The notes beneath the pieces were generated by a model. The model worked only from the letters and a program-made list of their open reading frames with translations, did no database searches and was not told the origin of the DNA. From an uncultured Gammaproteobacteria bacterium (lineage in GTDB: Bacteria; Pseudomonadota; Gammaproteobacteria; UBA9214), in NCBI GenBank assembly GCA_963827755.1, contig CAWHCQ010000007.1, positions 11,036 to 75,035 of the forward strand: a DNA stretch of 64,000 nt. Direction: 5' to 3'. The position numbers and the translations under genes are program-made. Numbering within the stretch: position 1 is the stretch's first letter; every line of letters begins with the position of its first letter. Positions 54,500-64,000 of this stretch are shown in pieces.

Positions 54500-56930
54500 A
54501 GCGCAGATGCAGATCACGCTGCGGGAACGGAATCTCGATGCCGGCTTCATTAAGGGCACGGTTCATGGCCAGCGCAACCGCGCTGCGGATTGCGACAAAA
54601 TCATCGTTGTCCGCGACCCAGGCACGCAGTTCAAAGTCGAGACTGTTGTCACCAAACCCGTTGAATATCACCTGCGCTGCCGGCTCTTCGAGGAGTCCCG
54701 GCTGACCGGCGAGCGCACTGCCTAGCGCCTCTATGACCCTGTCGGGGTCCGTTCCGTAGGCAACGCCGACTTTTATTTCGATACGACGGTTCCGGTCCGA
54801 CAGGGTCCAGTTGGTCAGTGCGTCCGAGAGCAGGCTGCCGTTTGGTACGGTAATGTCGGCGCCGTCGAAACTGCGCACCGTACTTGAACGGATGCCGATC
54901 CTTTTGATACGCCCCTTCACCGAGCCGATCTCGACCGAGTCATCGATTTGTACCGGGCGCTCGAAAATAAGGATCATGCCCGAGACAAAGTTATTGACGA
55001 TGGTCTGCAGACCGAAACCGAGGCCCACGCCAAAAGCCCCCAGCAGGATCGTAATCTTGTCCATGCCGATGCCCAAGGCACCGACAGCGAGGAGAAAGCC
55101 GATGAGAATAATGCCGTACTTTATAACGGCAGAAATAGCAAAGGATACACCGCGCCCGAGCTGCACCCGCGGGTAAACATCTTCATCGAGCAACACGATG
55201 ATGAAACGCGCAAGCAAAACCGCTGCAAGGATTGTCAGCACAAAAGCAAGCACATCCGCAAGTGACACGACAATGGCGCCGGTTTGCAGTTCACTGAACA
55301 GAATCTTCCCGGCAATTGCAGTGACAGGATCCAGCAGCGCGAACAGGTCCAGCGTCACCAGCAGCCATATGATTAGCGCGATCTTTTCCAGCCAGCTTCT
55401 GCTGAGCCTGCGCAAGTCATGGCTGCGGACATGGATGACATTGACGGCTTTTACAAAACGGCTGTGCAGCGTCAGCGCGATGATTGCCTCGGCGGCACGA
55501 ACAACCGCGGTAAGCAGCAGCGCCAGGTAGGCGCTGTTCAGAACGCCATAGCCGATCAGTACGGCAAGACGCATGTAACCGGCGACTGCGGCGAAGGTCG
55601 AAATGACCAGCAGGACAAGTGCCCCGTTGAGCCACAGGCGTACAAAACCCTGCCAGCGGTTCGCCCGTCCCTGTTGCCTGTCACCAAGCAATGACTTCGA
55701 GCGAATCAGCCAGATTATCAATCCAATCGCGGCGACCATTTCGAAAATGAAGACAAGGCGCGCCACCAGCGGCGCCGCCTCGACCATGTCGCGCAACCAG
55801 TCCACGACATAGAGCGTGGCAAGAAAAAACAATGCCGGGCGTACCGGTGCATCCAGCAACGGCAATACCAGCCAGAGGACCGGCAATACCAGCACAAGCC
55901 CCGCGGCATCCGCCAGTGCCGGGGACGTGGATGTATAGAGCCACGGAGTCAACATCAGTGCCAGCAATGTTGCCAGTGCGAACGGTCGTTCAAAAACGGA
56001 CATGCCTGCGCCAATGGACGGGTCAGCTTCGACCCAGGACCGGGCCGCACTGCGGGCCCGGCGCAGGCTTATTGCCATAACCAGAAGCAGCAACAGCTGC
56101 AAGCCAGCCCGGTCATACTCGCTGCCGGCCACGGCAACCAGGCTGGTCCACCAGTCGCTTGACTCATTGCGTGCGCGCACAGCAAGATCCTGCATGGACA
56201 CACCTGCGACTGCCTCACTCCATAAGGAGGGCCGTTCGCGGCGCCCGAGATTACCAATCAGGTCGGCCTCCTCGGCCTTGATTGCATCCAGCGCCTGCTG
56301 TATCCCGCCACGCGCGCGGCCGACCTTTCCCTGCAATGCCAGCACCCTGTTCTGTAATTGCCGCAGCGACTCGTCCATCTTGCCGATATCACCGGCAGTG
56401 GTGCGCGCAAGGCTGAGTAACTCGGCCGGTGCCCTGGCCTCTTCAGCGTCCTTGACGGTCTTCTTCCACACCTCGACACTCGTATCCAGTCTGGTGATCT
56501 GCTGCTGAATGATGCCGATCCGGTCACGCAACTCGGATTCCTCACCTTCCATTCGGCGGTCAAGTTCGATCCATTTCTTTTCGATCTCGGCGATCGCCTG
56601 CCGTGAAGAGGCCGCTTCCAGCGTGGGCCTGAGTGCAACCAGGCCCCGCGTTATCAGCTGCTCCCCGGCCAGCAGTTCGTTTTCAATGTCGTCAAATTTC
56701 GTCGCGCGCTCGAGCAGTGCCTCTGCCTGCTCGAGGGAACTGCGTTCACCGGCTGCCCGTGATGGAATATCCGAAAGCGGGATCGATGGCAGCGGCTGGG
56801 CCGCTTCCTGCGGCTCCTCGGCCCCGGCCCAGCTTGCCGAGAGCAGGAAGATGATGGCGGCCAGCAGCAGACGCCCGGCATGACTGCGGAACAGGCAGCC
56901 AGGTTCAGTCATTCCCGTAAAGCACTTCAT
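54438..56930 (-). CDS. Large MscS/MscK-family mechanosensitive channel
   Basis: Signal peptide, coiled coil and multiple TM helices; 'GVGLGFGLQTIVNNFVSG.ILIFERP', 'VPN', 'EIPFPQRDLH'. Confidence 0.9.
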   Translation of the reverse strand: MKCFTGMTEPGCLFRSHAGRLLLAAIIFLLSASWAGAEEPQEAAQPLPSIPLSDIPSRAAGERSSLEQAEALLERATKFDDIENELLAGEQLITRGLVALRPTLEAASSRQAIAEIEKKWIELDRRMEGEESELRDRIGIIQQQITRLDTSVEVWKKTVKDAEEARAPAELLSLARTTAGDIGKMDESLRQLQNRVLALQGKVGRARGGIQQALDAIKAEEADLIGNLGRRERPSLWSEAVAGVSMQDLAVRARNESSDWWTSLVAVAGSEYDRAGLQLLLLLVMAISLRRARSAARSWVEADPSIGAGMSVFERPFALATLLALMLTPWLYTSTSPALADAAGLVLVLPVLWLVLPLLDAPVRPALFFLATLYVVDWLRDMVEAAPLVARLVFIFEMVAAIGLIIWLIRSKSLLGDRQQGRANRWQGFVRLWLNGALVLLVISTFAAVAGYMRLAVLIGYGVLNSAYLALLLTAVVRAAEAIIALTLHSRFVKAVNVIHVRSHDLRRLSRSWLEKIALIIWLLVTLDLFALLDPVTAIAGKILFSELQTGAIVVSLADVLAFVLTILAAVLLARFIIVLLDEDVYPRVQLGRGVSFAISAVIKYGIILIGFLLAVGALGIGMDKITILLGAFGVGLGFGLQTIVNNFVSGMILIFERPVQIDDSVEIGSVKGRIKRIGIRSSTVRSFDGADITVPNGSLLSDALTNWTLSDRNRRIEIKVGVAYGTDPDRVIEALGSALAGQPGLLEEPAAQVIFNGFGDNSLDFELRAWVADNDDFVAIRSAVALAMNRALNEAGIEIPFPQRDLHLRSISQDVRLPEVNPGPARQPG

Positions 56931-57059
56931 TGCTCGATCCCCATTTCGTAATAATGATATTCAGATGCACTGATCAGGCTCCGCGGCGTTTACCAGGCTC
57001 GAAAGCCTGATCCTGCTGCAGCTAATATAAGGGAAAACCGCTATCCGGCCCCGTTTTTT

Positions 57060-58070
57060 TTATGCGATCAGTTTATCAGCCAGCAAACGGGCAATGACCC
57101 TCTCCGCTGTGATGTCGGCCAGGCACTCATGCCGGTGTTCAGGCGGACATACGCGGCGATGACAGGGGCTGCAGGGCACCTTGTTCACGAGGACACGGTG
57201 CCGCTGCCCCGTGGCATGGCTGCGGCGCCAGTCCGTCGGCCCGAACAGGGCGTACACGGGAATCCCCGACAGGGAGAGCAGGTGCATGGGGCCGGAATCA
57301 CCGCTGATTGCAAAGGCGGCACGGGAACCGAGGGCAACCAGGTCGATTAATGAAAATGCACCCGTTGCATCCACGCCCGCCGCCAGGGCAAGACGCCGGT
57401 TCAAGGTCCGGTCGTCCTCACCGCCAATCCAGATGACCGACAGGCCGCGTGCTTCCAGTTGCCTGGCAAGCTCAATGAAATGCGTCTCCTCCCAGCGCTT
57501 TGACGGCCAGTGCCTGCTGGAGCCGGCGTGCATCAGCACGAGTTTCCGCTCCCCGGGCAGATGGGTTTCGAGCCACGCGGATACGGCCGCGGCAGAACGG
57601 CCGGGTGGAGCAAACGCATACTCGGCTGCAGGTGGCGCAACGCCCGCCACATTCAGCAGCGCATTCAGCCGCTGCACGGCATGCACGACGGCATCCGGAA
57701 CGGGCGGAACATCGGTGTAGGCAATACCGGCCTGCCTGCCGATCCGCCGCTCGGCCCGGGTCAGCAGTGTCATGATGCGGCTGCGCACGGATCCCTGCAG
57801 GTCAAACACGACTCGAAAACGCTGCCCCGGCAGCCAGCACAGCAGCTGCCACATCGCGATAAATCCCTTGCGGGGAAACGCAACCACCTCGAGACCGGGG
57901 ATCACGGCTGCCAGTTCACGGTATTCGAGTGCCGTCAGCAGGGTTACCCGGCCCTGCGGAAAAGAGGCCGCTATCCTGGCAATGTGCGGCAGGGAAAGAA
58001 CCACGTCACCGAGTGCGCCGAGCTTGATGACCAGTACATCGCCGCTTGCCGGCATGTGCTGCACCCTCAC
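57060..58070 (-). CDS. GT9 glycosyltransferase
   Basis: 'KLGALGDVV', 'DLQ', 'SKRW', 'GDSGPMHL', 'LFGPT', 'CSPC'. Confidence 0.88.
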   Translation of the reverse strand: MRVQHMPASGDVLVIKLGALGDVVLSLPHIARIAASFPQGRVTLLTALEYRELAAVIPGLEVVAFPRKGFIAMWQLLCWLPGQRFRVVFDLQGSVRSRIMTLLTRAERRIGRQAGIAYTDVPPVPDAVVHAVQRLNALLNVAGVAPPAAEYAFAPPGRSAAAVSAWLETHLPGERKLVLMHAGSSRHWPSKRWEETHFIELARQLEARGLSVIWIGGEDDRTLNRRLALAAGVDATGAFSLIDLVALGSRAAFAISGDSGPMHLLSLSGIPVYALFGPTDWRRSHATGQRHRVLVNKVPCSPCHRRVCPPEHRHECLADITAERVIARLLADKLIA

Positions 58071-58863
58071 CGGCCACTCGCAGGAAAATGCTTGCTCCTG
58101 CGCAATCGCCTGAGCCAGCTTCTTTCCAGGTCTTTCTCACTTCGCGATCGACCCGCTGCCGGCCGTAGTAGGCCAGCAGGAAGCGCAGGCGGTCCGTGGT
58201 TGTCACGCCAAGGGTACGCCGGTTAAAGCTGTCAAGATCGCGCAGCATTGCCCGCTCGACAGACAATGTATGCTTTGCCTTCTCGAGGTCAATCAGGCGG
58301 ATATCCACATCAGCTTCGATGTCCTTCAGGAACACGTGCTTTGGAAAAAAACAGTTGTGTTGTATCCGCTGCCGGTGCAGCCGGCGTGCAACCCCGGCAA
58401 GGCGGCGGATAAATTGATGCCAGGCCGGCCTCGAAGGCCAGCCGGTCTGCTGCCAGTTTTGCAGGCAAACATCCAGCGATTGATAGCCGGCAAGGGCGCG
58501 GGTGACAAGGATGGACTGGCGCCTTCCATGCAGCTTGCGTTCCGCGAAATACAGCACCTCGAGGGTCGGAACAGCGGCGGCATGCAGCCAGCTGAGGTTG
58601 TGGAACTCGCGCCTGAAGGTCAGCACTCCCGCAAGCGGGTGTGCCAGTGTGCGCGTGGTATGGTCCTGCTGGCGCTTTATGAATACTCCTGCATGGCTGC
58701 CATCCGCCGCTACCAGGTCGGTTTGTGATACGCCACTCCAGCCGCCGCGTCGCTGGTTGGGCGCTTCAAACCAGCCGATATCGAGCGCCCAGATGGCATC
58801 GAAGCTGCCCAGGTTATTGGCTGGCGCCAGTTGTTCCCAGTCGCTTGTTTGATATTCCCGCAT
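58067..58863 (-). CDS. InaA-family LPS kinase; C-terminal frame disturbed near 58125
   Basis: 'WFEAPNQRRGGWSGVS', 'FIKRQ', 'HNCFFPKHVF', 'LIDLEK'. Confidence 0.85.
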
Positions 58864-59149
58864 GATGGCTGTCAGTGACTTTTAGTTGCTGGAATGGTAT
58901 GCGTTACGGGGCTCGCAGGCAGTTCAGGCCGCGTGATAAACCGGTGCCGAGTCTAGCACAGGCATGAAAACCTCAAACCCGGTGTCGTGGCGATCTCGCG
59001 CTGCATTTGCAGTTTACAGGTGAGCATCTATCGCATTATATACCGGCAAGTCATGCAGGCTTTTGCAGTTGAACGCAATCACTGCTTTTTTATTCGGCCC
59101 TTCCCCCGATTGAGTGGGTAAATCAATCAATTTAGACAAGCAAGGTTAT

Positions 59150-59196
59150 TGGCCGAATGAATTCGGCCCTACAGTAAGTTCGAATTCATTCGACCA
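59150..59196. repeat. GAATTCATTC-type REP pair
   Basis: ggccgaatgaattcggccctac followed by gtaagttcgaattcattcgac. Confidence 0.65.
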
Positions 59197-59344
59197 ATGG
59201 TGTTTCATCCCGGCAGACCTGCTGCGGTGATATCAGTGAACAAAGGATGACAATCGCGGAAAACCGTGGTGATGCAACAGACTTGATACTGCCGGGAATG
59301 ACGCCCTCTGCGCAGGGAGAAGTCCTGATACAATCCTTGCCAGC

Positions 59345-60032
59345 ATGCCAATGAAAGCCCGCAGCATTCCCATTAGCGTTACAGAGTTCGATCGCCTGCG
59401 TGCAGGCGCACGGGTGCTGGTAGCAGACCTGCGCGGTGAAAAGGTTTTACTGACAGCGGATAATCGCATCATCAAGCTGTTCTATGCACGCCGCCGCTTT
59501 ACCTCGGCGAGGATTTACCCCTATGCCCTGCGCTTCTGGAACAATGCACAACGGCTGCTTGAAAAAGGCGTACCCACGGTAAGCCCTGAACAGCTGCGCT
59601 ACGACAGCACGCATCAACGCCACCTCATAAGCTACCCGCTGCTGGCCGGCACCACGCTGAGGGACTGCCTGAATGAAACCACGGACAGAAATGCGTGCCT
59701 GCAAGGATTCCCGGCCTTCCTCGCCGGGCTGCATGAGAAGGGCATCCTGTTTCGCTCCATTCACCTCGGTAATGTAATGCTGCTGGACAACGGCGGACTT
59801 CGGGCTGATTGATATTGCCGATATGTCGATTCAGCAACGCCCGCTTGGCCTGTTCAAACGGGCGCGTAATTTCAGGCACCTGCTGCACGACGCGGCAGAT
59901 CGTATCAGCCTGGAGCAGTATGGCTATGATCGCTTCCTCGCACAGTATGAAGCAGACGCCGGCATTTCCGGTTTCCGTCGCAGGGTGTTTCGTGCGCTTG
60001 TCAGGCACTATGCGCCGGCAATGGAAACATAG
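59345..60032 (+). CDS. Kdo/WaaP-like kinase-fold protein (Ttg8-like), frameshifted near 59800
   Basis: 'GEKVL', 'IKLF', 'PYALRFWNNA', 'LHEKGILFRSIHLGNV', then 'LIDIADM...RARNFRHL' in a shifted frame. Confidence 0.78.
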
Positions 60033-60039
60033 CGCTATG

Positions 60040-60262
60040 TTCGCGAGCTGGCGCTCGCTCCTGCACGATATCCACGCTCCGAAAAATTGCAGGAGCCGGC
60101 GTTAGCCGGCGAGATACTCACTTGTAATATTGCCGTGGGTGTTAATCGATCGTTGCAGGAGTTCTTCGCAAGCGCAACAGGGATTCTCGCAGGGGTATCG
60201 CGGATGAGATCCGCTCCTGACAGGTGCGCTGGCTGAGTGCAGGAGCGGATCTCATCCGCGAC
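60040..60262. repeat. REP cluster (about five units) between convergent genes
   Basis: tcgcgagctggcgctcgctcctgca; tgcaggagccggcgttagccggcga; atcgcggatgagatccgctcct; tgcaggagcggatctcatccgcga. Confidence 0.88.
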
Positions 60263-60283
60263 GATAGTCAGGATATAGAAAGC

Positions 60284-61414
60284 TCAGACAAGTGACTGGT
60301 AAAAGGCAAGCGTTTTATCCAGCATCTCGTCCAGCGTGCAGGGGCTGATCCCCTGCATGGCGGGTGGTGTTGCATACCAGCCGGCGAGCTTCTCAACCAT
60401 CGCATGCTGATCAAGCGGCGCAACGCAGCCTTGAACAAAACGGGACTCGAGTTGTTCAGCGACGCCGCCATAGGCATAACCGGCAACCGGCACACCGAGG
60501 CTGAGGGCCTCGTTGACGGTCCGGCCAAAGGCCTCGGGCTGCAGTGACAGCGACAACACCGCCGCAGAAACCGCCATGATCTCGCGAACATCGGCCCTGT
60601 AACCTGTCATGGTCAGCGCATCGGCAACACCCGCCGCCGCTATGGCTTTGCTCAAGTTTTCGCCGAAGCGTTTCCTGGCAGGCGGCACCGCGCCGACCAG
60701 CAGGCCATGCACCGGTATACCGCGGCGCTGCAGCGCGGCAACAATAGCGATGAAGTCATAAACACCCTTCCTGCGTTTGATGCGCCCCGGCAAGGTGATG
60801 ACGAAACGCCCTGCCAGCGAAGGATACTGATCTCGCCACGCAGCCAGCCAACCCTCATCCGGGCGAAACTGTTGCGGAAAATCAGCACGATCCACGCCGC
60901 GGTGAATGACCGTCACCCGTTCCGGGGCAACAGCGGGATAATTGGCCAACACGTAGTCACGTGCGCTGTTAGAGACCGCAATCACCCGCTCCCCTTTGGT
61001 CATCACCGCACTGTAGGCATTTACCGAGTACAGGCCATGCACGGTGGTAACGAAACGCGGGCGCCTGAGTGGGTCCATGCCACGCCAGGCCAGCCAGGCA
61101 ATCCAGGCCGGCAGCCTGGAACGGGCATGCAGGATATCGACCTGCTCGGCAAGCAGCAGCCGCCTCAGGCGTGCAACGAGCCGCAGGCTAGACAGTGACT
61201 TGCGGCCGACCGGCCAGTCGATATGTTCGGAGCCATCGGCAAGCAGGCGGGGAACGAGGCGGCCCGCTTCAGAAAGCACCAGCGACCGGTGCCCGTGGCG
61301 CACCAGTGCGGCAGCAACATCGATAGTACCTTGCTCGACACCCCCGGCATCAAGCGCCGGCAGCAGCTGCAAAACCGTCAGGGGCCTGGCTACCTGCCGC
61401 CCCACTGCTCGCAA
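60284..61414 (-). CDS. GT4 glycosyltransferase
   Basis: 'LPALDAGGVEQG', 'HARSRLPAW', 'TTVHG', 'PEAFGRTVNEA'; start uncertain. Confidence 0.9.
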   Translation of the reverse strand: MRAVGRQVARPLTVLQLLPALDAGGVEQGTIDVAAALVRHGHRSLVLSEAGRLVPRLLADGSEHIDWPVGRKSLSSLRLVARLRRLLLAEQVDILHARSRLPAWIAWLAWRGMDPLRRPRFVTTVHGLYSVNAYSAVMTKGERVIAVSNSARDYVLANYPAVAPERVTVIHRGVDRADFPQQFRPDEGWLAAWRDQYPSLAGRFVITLPGRIKRRKGVYDFIAIVAALQRRGIPVHGLLVGAVPPARKRFGENLSKAIAAAGVADALTMTGYRADVREIMAVSAAVLSLSLQPEAFGRTVNEALSLGVPVAGYAYGGVAEQLESRFVQGCVAPLDQHAMVEKLAGWYATPPAMQGISPCTLDEMLDKTLAFYQSLV

Positions 61415-62337
61415 ATTTGTTCGGCGACGCGGTTGGCCTCGTCATAGACGCGCACGGGACGCGACAGCGGGTGTCCTGCAGACCAGTCGTTGAAGGTGCG
61501 GATGCTGTCGGCAGAGACCAGTTTTCTCACGCCCCGGACAACCCGGCCATTGCGGCGCGGTGGAAGGGCCAGCAGGCCGACCGGTACCCTTGCCGTCAGC
61601 GCCTCGTAAACCATGGACACGCTGTCTTCCGTAATCCAGGCACAGCAGGCCCGGTCGAGCTGTTCCGAGAGCCACTCGTCCGGGGTCTCTCGCCAGGAGA
61701 AGATACTCAGTTCAATGTTACGGTTGAAAATATTTTGCCTGACACGCTCGGCAAAACCGGCCGGGGTGCGCCGCGAAGTGGTCAGCATCCAGTGCTTCAC
61801 CGGCGAAAAGCGGATGACCCTGGAAATTTGCTCGAGCACAGCGCCGTAATCCCAGCGATAGTGCCTGGACGGCCCGCCGATCATCAGCAGACCCCGGTCA
61901 CCTGCCGCGCCGCGCGCGGCCTGCATGCGGTTGAGGCTGCCCCGGGTGACGAGGATATTTGCCGCCGCTTTAGGTCGATCGTGTTCAGGGATCACGCACA
62001 GATCAAACAGGGACTTGGGTAAATCCGGCGTCATCAGTACCGCCGCCCGGCCGCCACGGGCACGCCGCGCCGCCAGCAACGGCAGGTGGGTGGAATGGCC
62101 GGCACCCAGCATCAACCAGGGGTCCGGCAGCAGGGAACCCGCCGGGAAGCGGCCGATCATCCAGTCGAGGCCGGCACCGGGCCGCACGGGAATGTCATAG
62201 GTCTCGATCGGTATGCGGCGCTGCAGGGCATCAACCAGGCCCAGGCTCTGGTTGTCATGCCCGGGCTTGCCGTCACTGAAACGCCAGACCACCCTGTGCC
62301 TGCCCGCGGTGGGGCAATACCCGCACCCCGTGCTCAC
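61390..62337 (-). CDS. ELM1/GtrOC1-family protein
   Basis: 'SDGKPGHDNQSLGL', 'GAGH.TH', 'IPEHD', 'IGGPS', 'TTSRRTP', 'TEDSVSMVYEA'. Confidence 0.88.
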   Translation of the reverse strand: MSTGCGYCPTAGRHRVVWRFSDGKPGHDNQSLGLVDALQRRIPIETYDIPVRPGAGLDWMIGRFPAGSLLPDPWLMLGAGHSTHLPLLAARRARGGRAAVLMTPDLPKSLFDLCVIPEHDRPKAAANILVTRGSLNRMQAARGAAGDRGLLMIGGPSRHYRWDYGAVLEQISRVIRFSPVKHWMLTTSRRTPAGFAERVRQNIFNRNIELSIFSWRETPDEWLSEQLDRACCAWITEDSVSMVYEALTARVPVGLLALPPRRNGRVVRGVRKLVSADSIRTFNDWSAGHPLSRPVRVYDEANRVAEQICEQWGGR

Positions 62338-62352
62338 GATGATGCGGCTGCG

Positions 62353-62570
62353 TCAGTCTTTCAGAATGAAATCGGCGCCGCAGTAGGGGCATTTCGCCTT
62401 CCCGGTTTCTTCAATGGGAGATAGACGCGAGGATGTGAATTCCACAGACTCATGCCGTCCATCGGGCAGTGCAGCGGGAGATCCGCCTGGCTTACTTCGT
62501 AGAGATTTTTTGCATTGGCCTGGACAAGCTTGTTCGCAGCTGCGACGGATGCGGTGTCAGGATTGGGCAC
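62353..62570 (-). CDS. zf-CHCC zinc-finger protein, frameshifted near 62415
   Basis: 'DLPLHCPM...LWNSHPRVYL', then shifted 'PIEETGKAKCPYCGADFILKD*'. Confidence 0.82.
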
Positions 62571-62847
62571 AAGAATTTCCCCTGGACTGTTGTTATGTGT
62601 ACATGGCGGAAGCCGCCGATCCCGGCACGCCGGTATTTTCGGGAAACTATTATACATAAGCAGCCGGGAGGCGACCGGGGCGGCGGCGACCGCAACCGGG
62701 CACGCCGGACCGGGCGCGACCACCGCTGAATATCCCGGTAAATATTCATTGTTTTCAATAACATGCTGTAGCGCCAGGGCGCGTGCCAATGGTAAAGTCC
62801 GGATGCTTGCAACATACTTCGAGTCATCGCTCCCTGTGTCTATTCCG

Positions 62848-64000
62848 ATGAACAGTAAAGACCTGTACCTGCGCCTGCTCCGCTATGTGCTGCCGTATCG
62901 CAAGACATTCCTGTTCTCCCTGCTGGGAACCGTGGCCTTTGCGCGCCCACCTGAGCCCGCCATGCCGGCACTGATGAAACCGCTGCTGGATGAAACCTTT
63001 GTCTCCAAAATCGTCGACACCCTGGTGACGCTGCCCCTGTTGCTGATCCTGCTGTTTACGGTGCGCGGCATTGCCAGCTTCATCAGCGGCTACGGTATGA
63101 AATGGGTCGCGACCCGTGTGGTCATGGATCTGCGCCAGGAAATGTTCAGCAGGCTGCAGATCCTGCCAATTCACTATTTCGACAATCACTCCTCCGGCAA
63201 CATCATTTCCAAGCACACGTTTAACGTGTCGCGGGTGATGGCAGCAGCCACCGAAGTCATCGTCACTCTGGTAAGGGACAGCCTGACCATCATCGGACTG
63301 CTCGGCTATGCCCTGTATATAAACTGGCAACTGTCACTGGTCGTGTTCATGATCGCCCCGCCCACGGCACTGGTAATCCGCTATTTCAGCCAGCGCATGC
63401 GCAGGCTGAGCCGCTCCCTGCAGGACTCGGTCGGCGACCTCACGCGGGTGATTCAGGAAGCCATCAACGGCAACCGCGAGGTCAGGATATTTGGCGGGGA
63501 GACGTATGAGAAAAAACGTTTTCAGCACATAAACAACTGGATCAGGCGCTACCATATGAAGGTGGCAGCCGCCTCCGAAATCAACGTGCCGGTTGTCCAG
63601 ATCCTGACCGTCGTGCGCACTCGCGATCGTGGTCTACTTCGCCGCCATACAGGCACAGAGCGGGGACATCACGGTCGGCGAGTTCGTGTCACTGATTACC
63701 GCCCTGGCCCTGCTGTCGTCACCGATCAAACGCCTGACCAAGGTTAATGTCCACTTGCAGGGCGGGCTGGCCGCTGCGGAAAGTGTGTTCAGCCTGATTG
63801 ACGAATCCCCGGAAATCGACCAGGGCCACATCACGATCGACCGGGTGCGGGGCAACATTGAGTTCAGGGATGTGTCCTACACCCACTACGGCAGCGAGGG
63901 CCCGGTGTTGCAGGACATCAACCTGAAGATAGCCGCCGGCGAAACCATTGCCCTGGTCGGTCCGTCCGGCAGCGGCAAAACGACCCTCGTCAGCCTGTTG
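62848..64000 (+). CDS. msbA: Lipid A flippase ABC transporter (runs off the window; indel near 63615)
   Basis: 'YLRLLRYV.PY', 'MKPLLD', 'VVMDLRQEMF'; later frame 'PIKRLT', 'LAAAESVF', Walker A GPSGSGKTT. Confidence 0.9.

Noticed and set aside
62665-62727. GC-rich gcgacc/accggg micro-repeats upstream of msbA
   Set aside because: Irregular low-complexity sequence with no consistent period or clear structure

Overview
GC-rich gammaproteobacterial chromosome segment; the gene context resembles Chromatiales-like sulfur oxidisers (inference). About 15 apparent single-base indels, several in essential genes, point to an unpolished long-read assembly. In order the window holds: the tail of an exopolysaccharide locus (tyrosine kinase, ExeA-like ATPase, galE, vanZ); cysQ and yrfG; a T2SS gspG-N operon ending in a PilZ-motif gene; rubredoxin and thiD-thiE-hemL; mpl; a pyrophosphate-energy locus (adk with a histone-like tail, PPi-type PFK, K+-independent H+-PPase, small unknown genes); a signal-peptide-bearing Pcm next to a membrane SAM-binding protein; a ~9 kb accessory block (Cys-rich HAD-like lipoprotein, ~1900 aa surface di-haem peroxidase, GH2 beta-glucuronidase); thiC with a TPP riboswitch; pcm-tolC; and an LPS core/lipid A cluster ending in msbA. 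Intergenic DNA is dense in palindromic repeats of several families, including a ~630 bp hairpin and a 68 bp element nested inside another hairpin. I saw no rRNA, tRNA, CRISPR array or transposase. The best candidates for something new are the Adk-histone fusion within the PPi locus, the giant surface peroxidase block, the exported Pcm/membrane SAM-protein pair, and the composite and nested repeat elements.
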